DNA of 63,860 bases, the filler included, from Octopus bimaculoides (Eukaryota): the NCBI RefSeq assembly GCF_001194135.2. It is 4 parts of 4 records of this genome, joined end to end, with 100 filler letters (N's around TTAATTAATTAA, not from the genome) between each part and the next. Parts side by side here need not be neighbours in the genome. Positions count along the whole stretch, not along the records: positions 1 to 31,418 come from NC_068984.1; 3 more parts are not named here. One strand, 5' to 3'. Positions 12,981 to 25,604 of the stretch are shown here, in pieces. Made by a program: the position numbers and the translations under genes. Positions within the stretch are counted from its first letter, which is position 1. Each line of letters opens with the position of its first letter. The notes below the pieces were generated by a model, which was not told the origin of the DNA, did no database searches, and saw only the letters and a program-made list of their open reading frames with translations.

Positions 12981-15337
12981 ATCTTGATCAAGTTAAAGCT
13001 GTTTTTTCTTTGGCAAGGTTCAACAGAATGTCACATTAAAAATTCTAGGGAGTAACATTTTTAGTCAAGAATTGCAAAGCATTCATGAAACACTATACTC
13101 CTGTATCAAACACTATGCTTTCATACTGATGTCTTGTTCCAGATCAGTTTACACAATAGATATCCACATAGGTTGTCCCTCAAGGCCATCACTGCCAGAG
13201 ACGGGGAATACGGGAGACCATGTGATTTTGAAGGTCACATCAGAGCGACAGTGCAAGTATTTTCTACAATAGTGATGGGTTGACCCAAGCCCTGTGAATG
13301 TAATTGAGTAGACGGAAACTGTACAAACGACCATCAAATGGAATGTATGTGTTCCTGAGTTTTAATCCTTTTCCTAGTTTTTACATTACTACCACCTGTC
13401 TCTTGAGTATCTTAGGAGAGTCCACTCTTACAAGTATTCAGATCAGTTCTCTTGCCAGCGACTGGGATTCGGTGAGAATTTAATGGGTGCCACTCTTCCT
13501 ATTTGACTAACCCATTATATAAAAAAAAACTCAGGAAGATTCCCATCTTATAGCAAGCCTAAACCAACAAAACATTCATTAGACAATAATGTAGCACAAG
13601 TCCTAAAACTCCTGACAATTGTTGCATAACTTTGGTTTAATGGTGAGAAAAGGATGAGAGAATTCTCACTCTGGGCAGAATACCAGTCTACTGTAGATCT
13701 ATTTCTCAATGAGTAGATACTTATTCCTAAAAACTAAGAGTAAAAATGATATGTATATAGCCAAGCGCTCTATCCAGAAACACAAAACCAGACGTAGATA
13801 TGAAGTGAACCAGTAAACTCAGTACTGATTACATCCACTCAGCCATTCAACAACTACACATACATTTAGGATAGGTAAATGAATTACGTCACGGGATGAA
13901 AATATCATCATTGATTTTTATGGACACCATCAGTTTCCGCCTGGGTGGATTGGATAAATAGATTACACAATAACTTTTCATAAGAATATGATTTAACAAT
14001 GTATTATATTTAGCGTATACTTCTATCTACACTACATATTAATTGGTCATTGATCTCCGATCGTCAACAAGTGTCTTATTCCTGAATGTGCACTTGATCA
14101 CAGACCGGATTCGAACAAGGAACTTTTGTTTCTAAACTATGGTAACAATACTTTGTGGTACCTGGATACGCCCCTTAACATTCAGAGCTCAAATTCCAAC
14201 CAATTCCACTATATCTTTCATAGTTTTCATACTGTTAAAACAAGTACTGGGGGTCTATGAGGCGTTAAATAATCGACTATACTCTAAAAGGCGGTGGCCC
14301 AGCGTGGTCACAGTCTAATGACAAATTAAGAAATTAATAATGTTTTCATCCAGCCTAATGAAATAAAACATATGAATAAAATATATTTACGTGATTTAAA
14401 GCCTGTACATTGTTCTTTTCGTAAAGGAATGGAATATTAGTCATTGGATTTGATATTTACTGGTATTTATTGTCGATCAGGTTAAACTGAAACTCAAAAC
14501 CAGGAAGACACTGAACATGACATGTTTATCTTCACTCCGATTGCATATTATTATTCATAGGAATATATAATGAATGTAAATAATTGTATCAGTCAGTTTC
14601 AATTTCTCTCTTGCTTTTATTTCTGTATATGTATCATCTTTACTGCTGTAGTATTTCGTATTTTATTATCAGAAATTCAAAAGTTGGTTAAAAGAAACGG
14701 ACTGTTTTAAAACTTCGTTTGATTGACGTATGTATAGAGAGATAGATAAAAAATACCGTTGAGTTTTATTCACGTATTCATCTTGTAAATTACACAGCAT
14801 AAACAAGAGAATTTGGGCAAAAATATTACCTTGAATAAATATAGAAACTAAATAACTATATACAGAAACTGAAACCTGTTATACACTAATATATTTTAGT
14901 TAAAAACATGTTAGGAACGAACAGATGGTTTGAGAGAATGTCAGTGACAAGATAAATATTGACTAAAAATAAAATAACAGCATCTAGTGATGAACTTTAA
15001 TGAAATCAGAGATAGCAATATTATTAGTTGTCATTATTATGACAATAGCTAAAACAATTACAAAACAGAAATTTTGTTTATGTATAAAATAATCGTTCAA
15101 CATCGGTGGATATAAGGTCGCTGTCAATAACGGACACAAATTCGGGGACTGAAATTCCAATGAGAATCTATACAAAACCGATCCCTCTATTTTGAACAGC
15201 ATTAACTTTATTTTGTTGCGCGTTTCAGTTTCAACACAAACATGATAACAGGTAAAAATAATAATAATAATAATAATAAATAAAGAAGATAAACACAGCC
15301 AAAAAAAAAATACAATTATTGCGGTGGAACAACTTAC

Positions 15338-15364
15338 TTTGGACCGGGAAAAAATGAGCCCCAT
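15338..15364 (-). CDS. Putative first coding exon MGLIFSRSK of an N-myristoylated protein (lunapark/LNPK-like candidate, unconfirmed)
   Basis: gtcATGG context, 27 nt, then a consensus GTAAGT donor (phase 0); G2/S6/R7 myristoylation consensus; sits at the edge of a CpG-retaining region. No downstream exons identified. Confidence 0.55.
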
Positions 15365-15800
15365 GACTGCAGCAGATAATAATAATCAACAAATGCAGGC
15401 CTCGAAAAAAAAAAAAAACAAATATGCTTTTTTTTTTTTTTTGGTAGTACTCCGCCGGTTAGAGGAAGTCGTTTCTCTTCTCCATAATCATCAATGGCTC
15501 CCAGAGCTGCCACATTTCAGCTTCACACCACTTCCTCCTTCTTTTCCTCTTTCTTTTCCCCCCTTCTGGTTCTTCTTCTTGTCGTCGTCGTCGTCCCCCT
15601 CTCGTTCGCAACAGATTTCTTCTTCTTCTTTGTGCTACGGCATTGACTGCAGTCAACGGCTGCTGGTACCAAATAAGCCGCTTTGGTGTTCGGTGTTTGG
15701 TAATAAATAAGTACGACACGTCGACGAGAGAGTCTCTCAATGTAATCTCTCCGTAAGCTAGAAATAGCAATCAAATCTTCCTCAAATCACACACTTTAAC
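15365..15800 (-). promoter_or_regulatory. Putative 5'UTR/TSS region of the MGLIFSRSK gene
   Basis: CpG-rich unique sequence with purine (GA/GAC) tracts on the minus strand, immediately upstream of the ATG. Confidence 0.45.
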
Positions 15801-17895
15801 GTCATAGGACAAAAAAAAAAATAATAATAATAACCACATGGGACTGTGGCTACCTGGAGTGAGAAGGAAGAGAAAATAGCTCTAATCTACTTTTAATAAA
15901 ATTCTTTCGGTCTGTGGTCACAAACTGAAAGTGAAAATATGAAAATACTGACTCGCCCGTATTTTTTTCCCTCTAAAAAGTATCTTCGTATGATTTTGCA
16001 TAAGAAAATGTACCTTTCAATTTTTTCAATTTGGTTACCTTCTTCATTATTTAATTCTTTTTCTTAACCTTTTTTCGAAAGGGGGATTCCATCTTTTTTA
16101 AAATATGGGATTACGTTTCTGAAAAGAAATTTTCTTTTTCAAAATTTTCTTTTACTTTTTCAAAATTATATTTTATTTCCTCTGTTCCTTTATGTGTTCG
16201 CACCCAAAGGCTGTGGCTATGCTGGGATAACGCAATTTATTTCTTTTTATATATTATATATTTTATATACTACATATTTATTTTCTCAAAATTTCAGTGC
16301 CGGTTGATCGCCAGAGTGCATAACTTCAGGCGATCATGGTCAAGTTGAATATAAACAACATCGATTTGCTTGTGTGTTTGGTATCGATCAATTCGAGACA
16401 CCAATAAGGGAAGCTCCACGTGGTGTCACAACCTGCTAGAAATAGCAGTCAAATCTCCATTCAATCATACACTTCCAGTTTTTAACCTTTTGCCTGTGAG
16501 GGCATATTTCCCTGGATTCCATGCATCATATATAATTTTTTTTTTCAACCACTGTAACTTGGAACTGGTAAAACGAAAGCTTTATATTACTCGGGACGTA
16601 TGTATGAAACAAGAGCTAACTGAAAGTTTGAAAACAAGCATGGAAGCTTAGGACAAACTTATGAAAATGTTTAAGACAGACAAAAACTTTTTTAAAATAC
16701 TTAAAAATACATTCAACAATTTCGGAGTGGTACTTATCTAGCTGACTTGATCTAAGATCATGTGTTGAAACTGCACCAAGGAAGATCGATTTCAGCTGCA
16801 CCACAACTACCTGGTCACTCAAACACGTCGCGGAATAGGCTGCAGAGGTGCGACGAAAATTTCGACAACTCGAGAAATAAACGAAACATGAATATATGTT
16901 TTTGTGTTTAGTTGTACTTTCAACAAAAAGAAAAAGACGTGATTCTCTCTAGTTGAATATTTTTTTAATCATAGGTCTGCTGGATACGGGTCAAAATAGG
17001 GCTAAACAGCAACAGTGGCAGCCAGTCGCGATTATGCAGGTGTTACTTTAAAAAACAAAAAAGGAATACCATATTTTCAAACAATCCGGAAACTACTGTA
17101 TAGTACACTATGTATGTATGTATGCATGCATATATGTATACACATACCATACACAAATACACATCTTTATAACGCACAATGACCCTACTATACTGTGTAG
17201 ATGACAAAATAAAAAACAAACAATGCATTTGCACGAAATTAAAAATATAAATTGACGACAATTTACCCATCACACCCTGTATATATATATATATATATAT
17301 ATATNNNNNNNNNNNNNNNNNNNNNNNNNNNNNNNNNNNNNNNNNNNNNNNNNNNNNNNNNNNNNNNNNNNNNNNNNNNNNNNNNNNNNNNNNNNNNNNN
17401 NNNNNNNNNNNNNNNNNNNNNNNNNNNNNNNNNNNNNNNNNNNNNNNNNNNNNNNNNNNNNNNNNNNNNNNNNNNNNNNNNNNNNNNNNNNNNNNNNNNN
17501 NNNNNNNNNNNNNNNNNNNNNNNNNNNNNNNNNNNNNNNNNNNNNNNNNNNNNNNNNNNNNNNNNNNNNNNNNNNNNNNNNNNNNNNNNNNNNNNNNNNN
17601 NNNNNNNNNNNNNNNNNNNNNNNNNNNNNNNNNNNNNNNNNNNNNNNNNNNNNNNNNNNNNNNNNNNNNNNNNNNNNNNNNNNNNNNNNNNNNNNNNNNN
17701 NNNNNNNNNNNNNNNNNNNNNNNNNNNNNNNNNNNNNNNNNNNNNNNNNNNNNNNNNNNNNNNNNNNNNNNNNNNNNNNNNNNNNNNNNNNNNNNNNNNN
17801 NNNNNNNNNNNNNNNNNNNNNNNNNNNNNNNNNNNNNNNNNNNNNNNNNNNNNNNNNNNNNNNNNNNNNNNNNNNNNNNNNNNNNNNNNNNNNNN

Positions 17896-17945
<50 letters not shown>

Positions 17946-18789
17946 GTATATATCAGAGGTGACTCTAGGTCCTCAGTGTCACTCAGGCTCATCACAGATT
18001 TTGTCACTCAGACTCATCACATATTTCATTACTTGGGCTCATCAGAGATTTCGCATAAGACACATGCCTGTTCAAAGAATTTCATGTCTTTACATAATAC
18101 TTCTAGCCCAAAATGGCTTATTTTTTTATATCTAGCACTATGTCTTTCTCTGTTTCTAAGTTAAGGGTAAAAATAAAGCAACTCTGCAAAACACAACTGA
18201 TCTTTACACACAGATACACAGAATAACAGCAATCAAATAACGACAGCGGGGTGCACAGCAAACATTAGCGATCTGACTGTCATCTGTACTCTTGACAAGA
18301 GATACCAGTTAGTCTTTTACACCTACCAGGCTCATTCATATTATCCTGAGTTGCTGGATGATTTTTTGTTCCTTTAAGAATATTGTAGAATGGAAACTTT
18401 TCATAGATTGGAATTTAAATCCTTAACTCTGTAGAAATTGAATTTGAATTACATGACCACCTCACATTCTTAACATTGATTTGAATAAGTCATGGTTACT
18501 TCTTGTTCTGAGATCTGTGCATTGTCTAAAACAGGAACTGAGATAAAAGGATAACAATAAAGTACCATGATAATACATATGACCTAAATATTCAACAAAA
18601 AAATATCCCAAAGTCATCTTATGATATTTTTTCCATTCTTGCTATCTCTGAAGAGTACATGTATTAGGTAGCCACCCCGTTATCTAATATCCAGTACAAA
18701 ATTGATTGGTAAGACTGGCTATAATGAATCAATAATACTGTATACTTCGATTAATATGCCCACTCTACTGACAAATATAGGAATGCATT

Positions 18790-19075
18790 CTTAGACAACT
18801 GTATGTATGTATGGGAGAATTTATGAAAAAAACAACAGACGAAGACAGGTGGTGTAAACAACAAATGGATGTATTAGTATAATGCTTGGAATAGAGAAAG
18901 TCTTTAATGTTTCGAGCCTACGCTCTTCAACAGAAAGAAACAAGGAGAGAAAAAAAATATGAATGTAGTGGTCAGCGATCTATCATGGCGAATGCCGGAC
19001 AGAAGGATCACACAGGAGAGCTAAGAAAAAGGGGAGATAACAAAGAAGTGGTGACCTCAAGACAAGAAGGTGCGT
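18790..19075 (-). mobile_element. Penelope-like terminal region with hammerhead-like motif
   Basis: Minus strand reads ctttCTGTTGAaGAGCgtagGCTCGAAACattaaag at 18937-18902; repeated at 20820-20852 and 360-396. Confidence 0.55.
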
Positions 19076-20729
19076 GGGGGGGGGGGCTGAAAAGTTTCTT
19101 GCTTTGGGTAAAAGAAAATACAGGAGGATCGGTTAATTATGATTTTATTCAATATATTCCCCACTCAAATTTATTGCAGCAGTCCTTTAGTTTTTCTAAG
19201 TCCTGTAAGAGAACTCAGAAGGTTGGGTAGCAATTTCAGCACTTATTACAGACACCAGTTGAAATGATGCAATTATGTTCTGCTTAGTCCTTTCTGCTTG
19301 CCTCCACTCCTCATCAAATAAATTTTAATCTGTGCATTCATCTTATATCTTTCATATTTATCAATAAAGTCATTCACTGGTTGTGATGCTTCTTACATGA
19401 CTTGGCAAACTATTCTATCCATTAAATAGTTCTTGCAGATAAAAAAAAAAAGATTTCTGAAAGCAGGGTATATGTACCTATAAGGGTATGCAAGAGAAAT
19501 TGCAGGAATACATGAGGTCTGTAAAAACACTGGAATTTTTAAGAAATAACAACCAGCTAAGTGCAACTCATGTGACTCAAAAATGTTTGGAGAACTTTTG
19601 CTGCTGTCATCCACTTACAGTTGTCAGCAAGGATTTTCAGCAAAGTTTATGGCTAAAAATAGATCTTACACACATTTATCAATTGAGAATGATATACGGA
19701 TGTGCCTCTCTGAAACTGTGCCTAAAATTTAGGTACTTGTCAGAAATTGCTAAGCTAATACACCTTATTTAAAATGTAACATTAAAACTTTAGCATTTAA
19801 ACTGGTCCCATACAGCCTAAATATTCCACCTGTTTTATGTTCAAACTGACTGAATGCAGCTTGTCACACCTACCTGACAATGTCATTCTAAAAATAAACA
19901 ATCATATCATTAAAATCTTGAAGCTACAATAAAAAACAATATGATTAAAATAAACATTAAGTTTGACAGACTAACCTGAATTCTAAAGAGTTAAGTTATA
20001 TGAAATTAATTTCTTACACCAGCACAAAGTAAGAAATTTTTGAAGAGAGAACAGTCAAATACATTGGTCCCCAGTACTTGACTGGTACTTTTATTTTATC
20101 AACCTTGAAAGTTATGAAGGACAAAATCGGCCACAGGTGAGACTTGAGTAATTTAAGTATAATGAGATAAATAACAGATTATTGTCATGGACAAACTGCA
20201 ACCCACAGGACTTTCTGAAAGGCACACCTAGTGAAAAATTGCCTTGAATCTGTTACTAGAGCAGCCGCCTGATTATAACCCATATCTCATGCAGCTTGCT
20301 GCTTGTAAAAGATTGCCCACACCAGGTCTATTCTGTATATTCCAACAATTTTACATCACAGGGGTGAGCTGAAATGTTCATAGGTTGACTATGAAGGAGT
20401 GATGATAGCTCTTTAAAGCAGTATATTCCTATTTTATTACTCATTTTCCATAAACCAAATTTATTAACTCTTCTTTGTCTTTTCTTATCTAGACTGTTTC
20501 AGTAGCTTCTGTGTCCTTTCATAGGTTAGTTAGCTAATAAATATTTAGTCTCTACTTCTGCATGAACTATTTTTCCCTCTAGTTTATAAACTCAAATGTG
20601 TGTGTGTGTGATTTCACACATATATAAATACGTACATATATATATATATATATANNNNNNNNNNNNNNNNNNNNNNNNNNNNNNNNNNNNNNNNNNNNNN
20701 NNNNNNNNNNNNNNNNNATATATGCATAT

Positions 20730-20900
20730 GTATAGGGAGAATTCACAAAAAAACAAAAGACGAAGACAGGTGGTGTAGACAACAAACAGGTGTATTAGCA
20801 TAACACTTAGGAAGTGAAAAACGTTTCGAGCCTATGCTCTTCCACAGAAAGGAACACAGAAAGAAACAAGGAGAGAAAATAAAGAATGTGTAGTGGCTAA
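20730..20900 (-). mobile_element. Penelope-like terminal region, another copy
   Basis: gacgaagacaggtggtgtagacaac...acgtttcgagcctatgctcttccacagaaagg, homologous to 18830-18960. Confidence 0.55.
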
Positions 20901-21676
20901 GAACAACCAGAGTAGGAAGAACTGACAATAGGAAAAACCAGAAAGTACAAAAAAGTTTAGAAAGTATAAAAAAGTTACAAACGAATGGTTTACACCTGGT
21001 AGCTTACTGGTAAAGCATGGTCACATTGACAGCGATCGTTATGTGTGTGGCAAATGATTAATAAATTCTTGTGTATTTCATTTGCCATGTGTGTATGTGT
21101 GTGTATAGGTGTAGGAGTGGCTGTGTGGTAAGTAGCTTGCTTACCAACCACATGGTTCCGGATTCATATCATATATATAATTCATACAAAACAAATATAT
21201 ATATGTAGTACTCACACTAGGTGGAAGCACATGGCCTAGTGGTTAGAGCAGCAGACTCACAGTCAAGGGAATGCGGGCAATGTGCGTGTTTATGAGTGAA
21301 ACACCTAAGCTCCATGCAGCTCCGGCAGACAATAATGGCATACCTCTGCTGACTCTTTCACCACAATTTTCTCTCACTCTTTCCCCCTGCATCTAGCAGC
21401 TCACCTGTGATGGACCAGCATCCCATCCAGGCAGGAAACTTATACATCAATGAAACCAGGAGCTAGGCATGGCTCGAGAAGGAACCAACAACAACAACTC
21501 ACACTAAACAAAATGCAAAAACTCCAAGCAGAAAGCTAAATCATCAATTAGAAAAACAAGATACTTCCAGTAAAATGGCACACATATTCAACTAGGTATA
21601 TCAAAGAAACAATCTTAACTGTTTTATACCAACATGCCTAAGACCAGCCCTAGTTCTACAATGTCTTAAAGTGATC

Positions 21677-21894
21677 TACAAAGGGGTGCTGAAAAGTTCT
21701 TGGCTTTGGGTAAAAGAAAGTACAGAAGGATCAGTTAATTATTTTATTCAACATATTCCCATCTTAGATTCATGCACTTATTGCAGTAGTCCTTCAGTTT
21801 TTCTAAGTCCTATGAAAGAACTTGGAATGTTGGGCCTCCAACAATGCCTTTCACATTACCCTTAAAGCCAGGAACTTTTCAGCAACCCCTTGTA
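21677..21894. mobile_element. Tc1/mariner MITE
   Basis: About 30-bp TIRs tacaa(a)gggg(t)tgctgaaaagttc(t/c)tggcttt with TA ends; one-ended copy at 19078-19235. Confidence 0.85.
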
Positions 21895-23344
21895 ATTTAA
21901 AATTTCTCATCAAAATTTTTTGTGTTAATTTATGTTTCGAAACCAGCATAAAAATGACAAAGTTATTTTACTAAATTCTTCATTATTTTCTAATTTAATT
22001 GAAACAAAAGCAGTGTATGTCAACAGAAATATGGTAACACAAGGGTTAATGACAGCTCCTATGCAACCATAGAAGTAACTGCACACCACAGTTAGGCTAT
22101 CACTCCCTACAACAATGATGAGAAGATCCTGATGAGTTCTTGGCACAGGGAGGTCATTGATCAGTTCATTCTCTGATCGTACCCCAGTTGCAGAAGTCTC
22201 AGGATTCCAAGTCAGAAGAGCTAGAAGGTTACAAAATGTTGGAATTCACATGATCAAACAATTCTACGTCTTGCCAAACATGGACTGCCCTCCACCAATC
22301 ACATGATGCCCTCATACACCAAACATCTGATAAGAAATGCTATCATCTTGAGCTGTTCAGAGATGGCTTTCAATGGCCCATTGAGCTTAATGTTGTTGTC
22401 AACCTACTAGGTGAATTCAACCAACTTGATGACACGTCATCGCTGATAATGTTTCTTTTATCTTGATTATGTATGACACAACCTCACCAGAAGTTACTGG
22501 TTTTCTCCAGACCCTGAACATGAAGAACTCAGCCACATTCAAGAAACTGGTGATCTCTGAGCCACTGTGATTGAAGACTAGAACAACAAGCATTACCACT
22601 TTCTCTGTCAGATAGTAATCTGTCATGTTGATACTATTGATACATTTGAAAGAAAAGTCAGGTTAAAGTTTGGTGCATGCTGTGTAACATTATGATAGGT
22701 TGACTTCCATTTATAGCCCACTAAATTTGTGTTCACAAGTACCCAACATACACACACACACACACACTCTCTCTCTCACTCTCTCTCTCTCTCTCTTTCT
22801 GTATATATATNNNNNNNNNNNNNNNNNNNNNNNNNNNNNNNNNNNNNNNNNNNNNNNNNNNNNNNNNNATATATATATATATATATATATATACTGAATT
22901 CAGTAAAGGTAAACTTTGATTCTCTGTTTTTTAATCTTTCTAGTACTGATAAAGAAATTAACAAGTTATTCACTTGAAAAAAAAAAGTACATTTCAAGGC
23001 TAACTATGTATCAGTGTGTGAGTGAGATAGAGAAAGATGGAGAGAAAAGTGGGGAGAGAAAGACTAGGCATAGTATAGCTGAATGGTTGACCAATTTGTT
23101 TCCATATTTCTGTTGAAAAACACTGCCTTTATTTCAATTATTTCTGAAAATAATGAAGAATTTAGTGAACTTTGTCATTATGAAACAGGTGTTGAAAACA
23201 TAAATTAATTTATTCCATGCTTCAGCAATTTTGAGTGTGAAAAAATATTTCCAAAAGTCATAGGTCTTGTGTTGTTTTTTGATTTTGTAAGCATGCCTAT
23301 GAGTGTTAGATGCATGGAATTCAAAAGGGTGTCCTAGATTGTTG

Positions 23345-23668
23345 TTTGAAAGATGGTGGGTAATTTTGTAGGTAATGTGGAAAAATCAGTTGGCTTGCAA
23401 TTTGGCAACTGGAGAGGCAAGTCCATGCTACTCAACAACGTCATGAGGTGCTAGACAGACAGTCCAGTTAAATTACTCAGGGTCTGATTTAGTCCAGACC
23501 TCCAGGTGGAGAAAAACTGGGGTAAGGTGATAAACAGGGTGGCCAATCTTACCCAGAAATGGGTCCACCATCGATTGACAACTGGTGTTGACGAGTTTAC
23601 GTTCCCATAACTTAGTGATTCAGCAAAAGAGACTGATAGAATGTACCAGGCTTTAAAAAGAGATAAAT
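23345..23668 (+). repeat. Donor copy of a 324-bp exact direct duplication
   Basis: Appears identical to 24742-25065; continues without a break into a SINE tail. Confidence 0.9.
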
Positions 23669-24111
23669 ATTAGGGTCAATTTATTCAACTAAAAAATTCT
23701 TCAAGGTGGTGTCCCAGCATGGCCGAAGTCTAATGACTGAAACAAGTAAAAGAATAAAAGAATAAATTCATAACAAGTGGATTGACAGAAATGTAAGCAT
23801 GTTGGACCAGATACTTTATGGTAATTTGTTCTGGTTAATTGATTATTTTTTTTTTAGGTTGCAGTCCTTCTGCAGTAAATCCCAAAGAAATGCAGCTAAC
23901 CTGCACCATTTTCTCTTCATGATATGCAATCTTGAAACTGGATGTCTTAAAATAGATACTACAATGCCTGACTGTTATTCCACAATCCCCACCAAATACT
24001 ATTTAAGTGACAGGATTATGTGATCTCAAACTGAAAAGAATACATACCTAGCAAGAGTGCCTCTACATGGTCTCTGAGCCTGCAAGAAATAGCAACCAAA
24101 ACTTCCATAAA

Positions 24112-24380
24112 TTATTTGATGAAAATTTTCGATGAAAATTTTTGATGAAAATTTTTGAAATTTTTACTGAAAAATTTTGATGAAAATTTTAATGAAAATT
24201 TTAGATGAAAATTTTTGATGAAAATTTTGCTGAAAATTTTTGATGAAAATTTTTGATGAAAATTTTCGATGAAAATTTTAATGAAAATTTTAGATGAAAA
24301 TTTTGATGAAAATTTTAGATGAAAATTTTTGATGAAAATTTTTGTTGAAATTTTTGCTGAAAAATTTTGATGAAAATTTC
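24112..24380. repeat. AT-rich minisatellite, about 12-13 nt unit GATGAAAATTTT(T)
   Basis: About 20 slightly variant tandem units. Confidence 0.95.
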
Positions 24381-24741
24381 ATTATTATGACTTTGAACTA
24401 GGAGCTTGAGTCACAGTGAATCTTCATTAGTTGACTACACAACCATGGATGCTACCCCTATGAATGCAGTTAATCTCTTGACAGAGATGGCGATCCTGAC
24501 CATAGATCTTCCAAGATTCCTCCACTCAGCTTCAATGTAAGAAGCATCATTGACTCAGTTGGGCTCTTCCACTACCTCTTCACAATCCACCATGCTGCGG
24601 TCCCATGACTTCACTGTATCCCTGGCAGGGTGACTGAACAGGTGCTGTGCCTTGCCAAAAGGCAGCCCATAACTATGCAGGGCACAATCATCACTCCATG
24701 AGGTATTTCAAATACCTACATACCCATTTGTTTCAATTAAT

Positions 24742-25065
24742 TTTGAAAGATGGTGGGTAATTTTGTAGGTAATGTGGAAAAATCAGTTGGCTTGCAATTT
24801 GGCAACTGGAGAGGCAAGTCCATGCTACTCAACAACGTCATGAGGTGCTAGACAGACAGTCCAGTTAAATTACTCAGGGTCTGATTTAGTCCAGACCTCC
24901 AGGTGGAGAAAAACTGGGGTAAGGTGATAAACAGGGTGGCCAATCTTACCCAGAAATGGGTCCACCATCGATTGACAACTGGTGTTGACGAGTTTACGTT
25001 CCCATAACTTAGTGATTCAGCAAAAGAGACTGATAGAATGTACCAGGCTTTAAAAAGAGATAAAT
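24742..25065 (+). repeat. Inserted copy of the 324-bp duplication
   Basis: Appears identical to 23345-23668; interrupts an unrelated AT-rich repeat. Confidence 0.9.
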
Positions 25066-25604
25066 TTAGTAAAATAACTTCATAATTATTAAACTGGTGT
25101 TTGGAACATAAAACATGAAATTTTGATGGAAGGTTTTAATTAAGATATCAGTTTAAAACAGTAAGTTTGTATCTTTGAACCAGGGGCAGTCTCAGGCAGG
25201 TTGATATCATAGGGGTTAAATATTTTTATAGTAACCCTTCATGGTAAATATACATTCATCAAATAGCTAAGATTACATAACAAAGACCAGATTTCACTTC
25301 AAGGTTGAAAAACATCTAACTTCTTCATTGCTGAATAACTGTTAACTCTACCCAGTGTAGAAAGATGCATAGCATACTAAATATCTAGGACAATATAGCC
25401 ATTATGCATATGCATAATTTGATATTTGTGCCAATGGTTAACTTGGTATTTTTAAAAAGAATCTTTTTTTTCATGCTAGAGAAGGGAAAGGGATAGAGTA
25501 AGATTAATAGTTACAATCAAAATCTTTTTTTTAATATTGGGAGTAAATATTTTATACTGGTCTGTTTGGAATTAAAATCTTTTATTCATTGAGATTTCTC
25601 ATAC

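Noticed and set aside
24112-24380. Regular short repeats as a CRISPR-like array
   Set aside because: No unique spacers and a eukaryotic context; an ordinary minisatellite.
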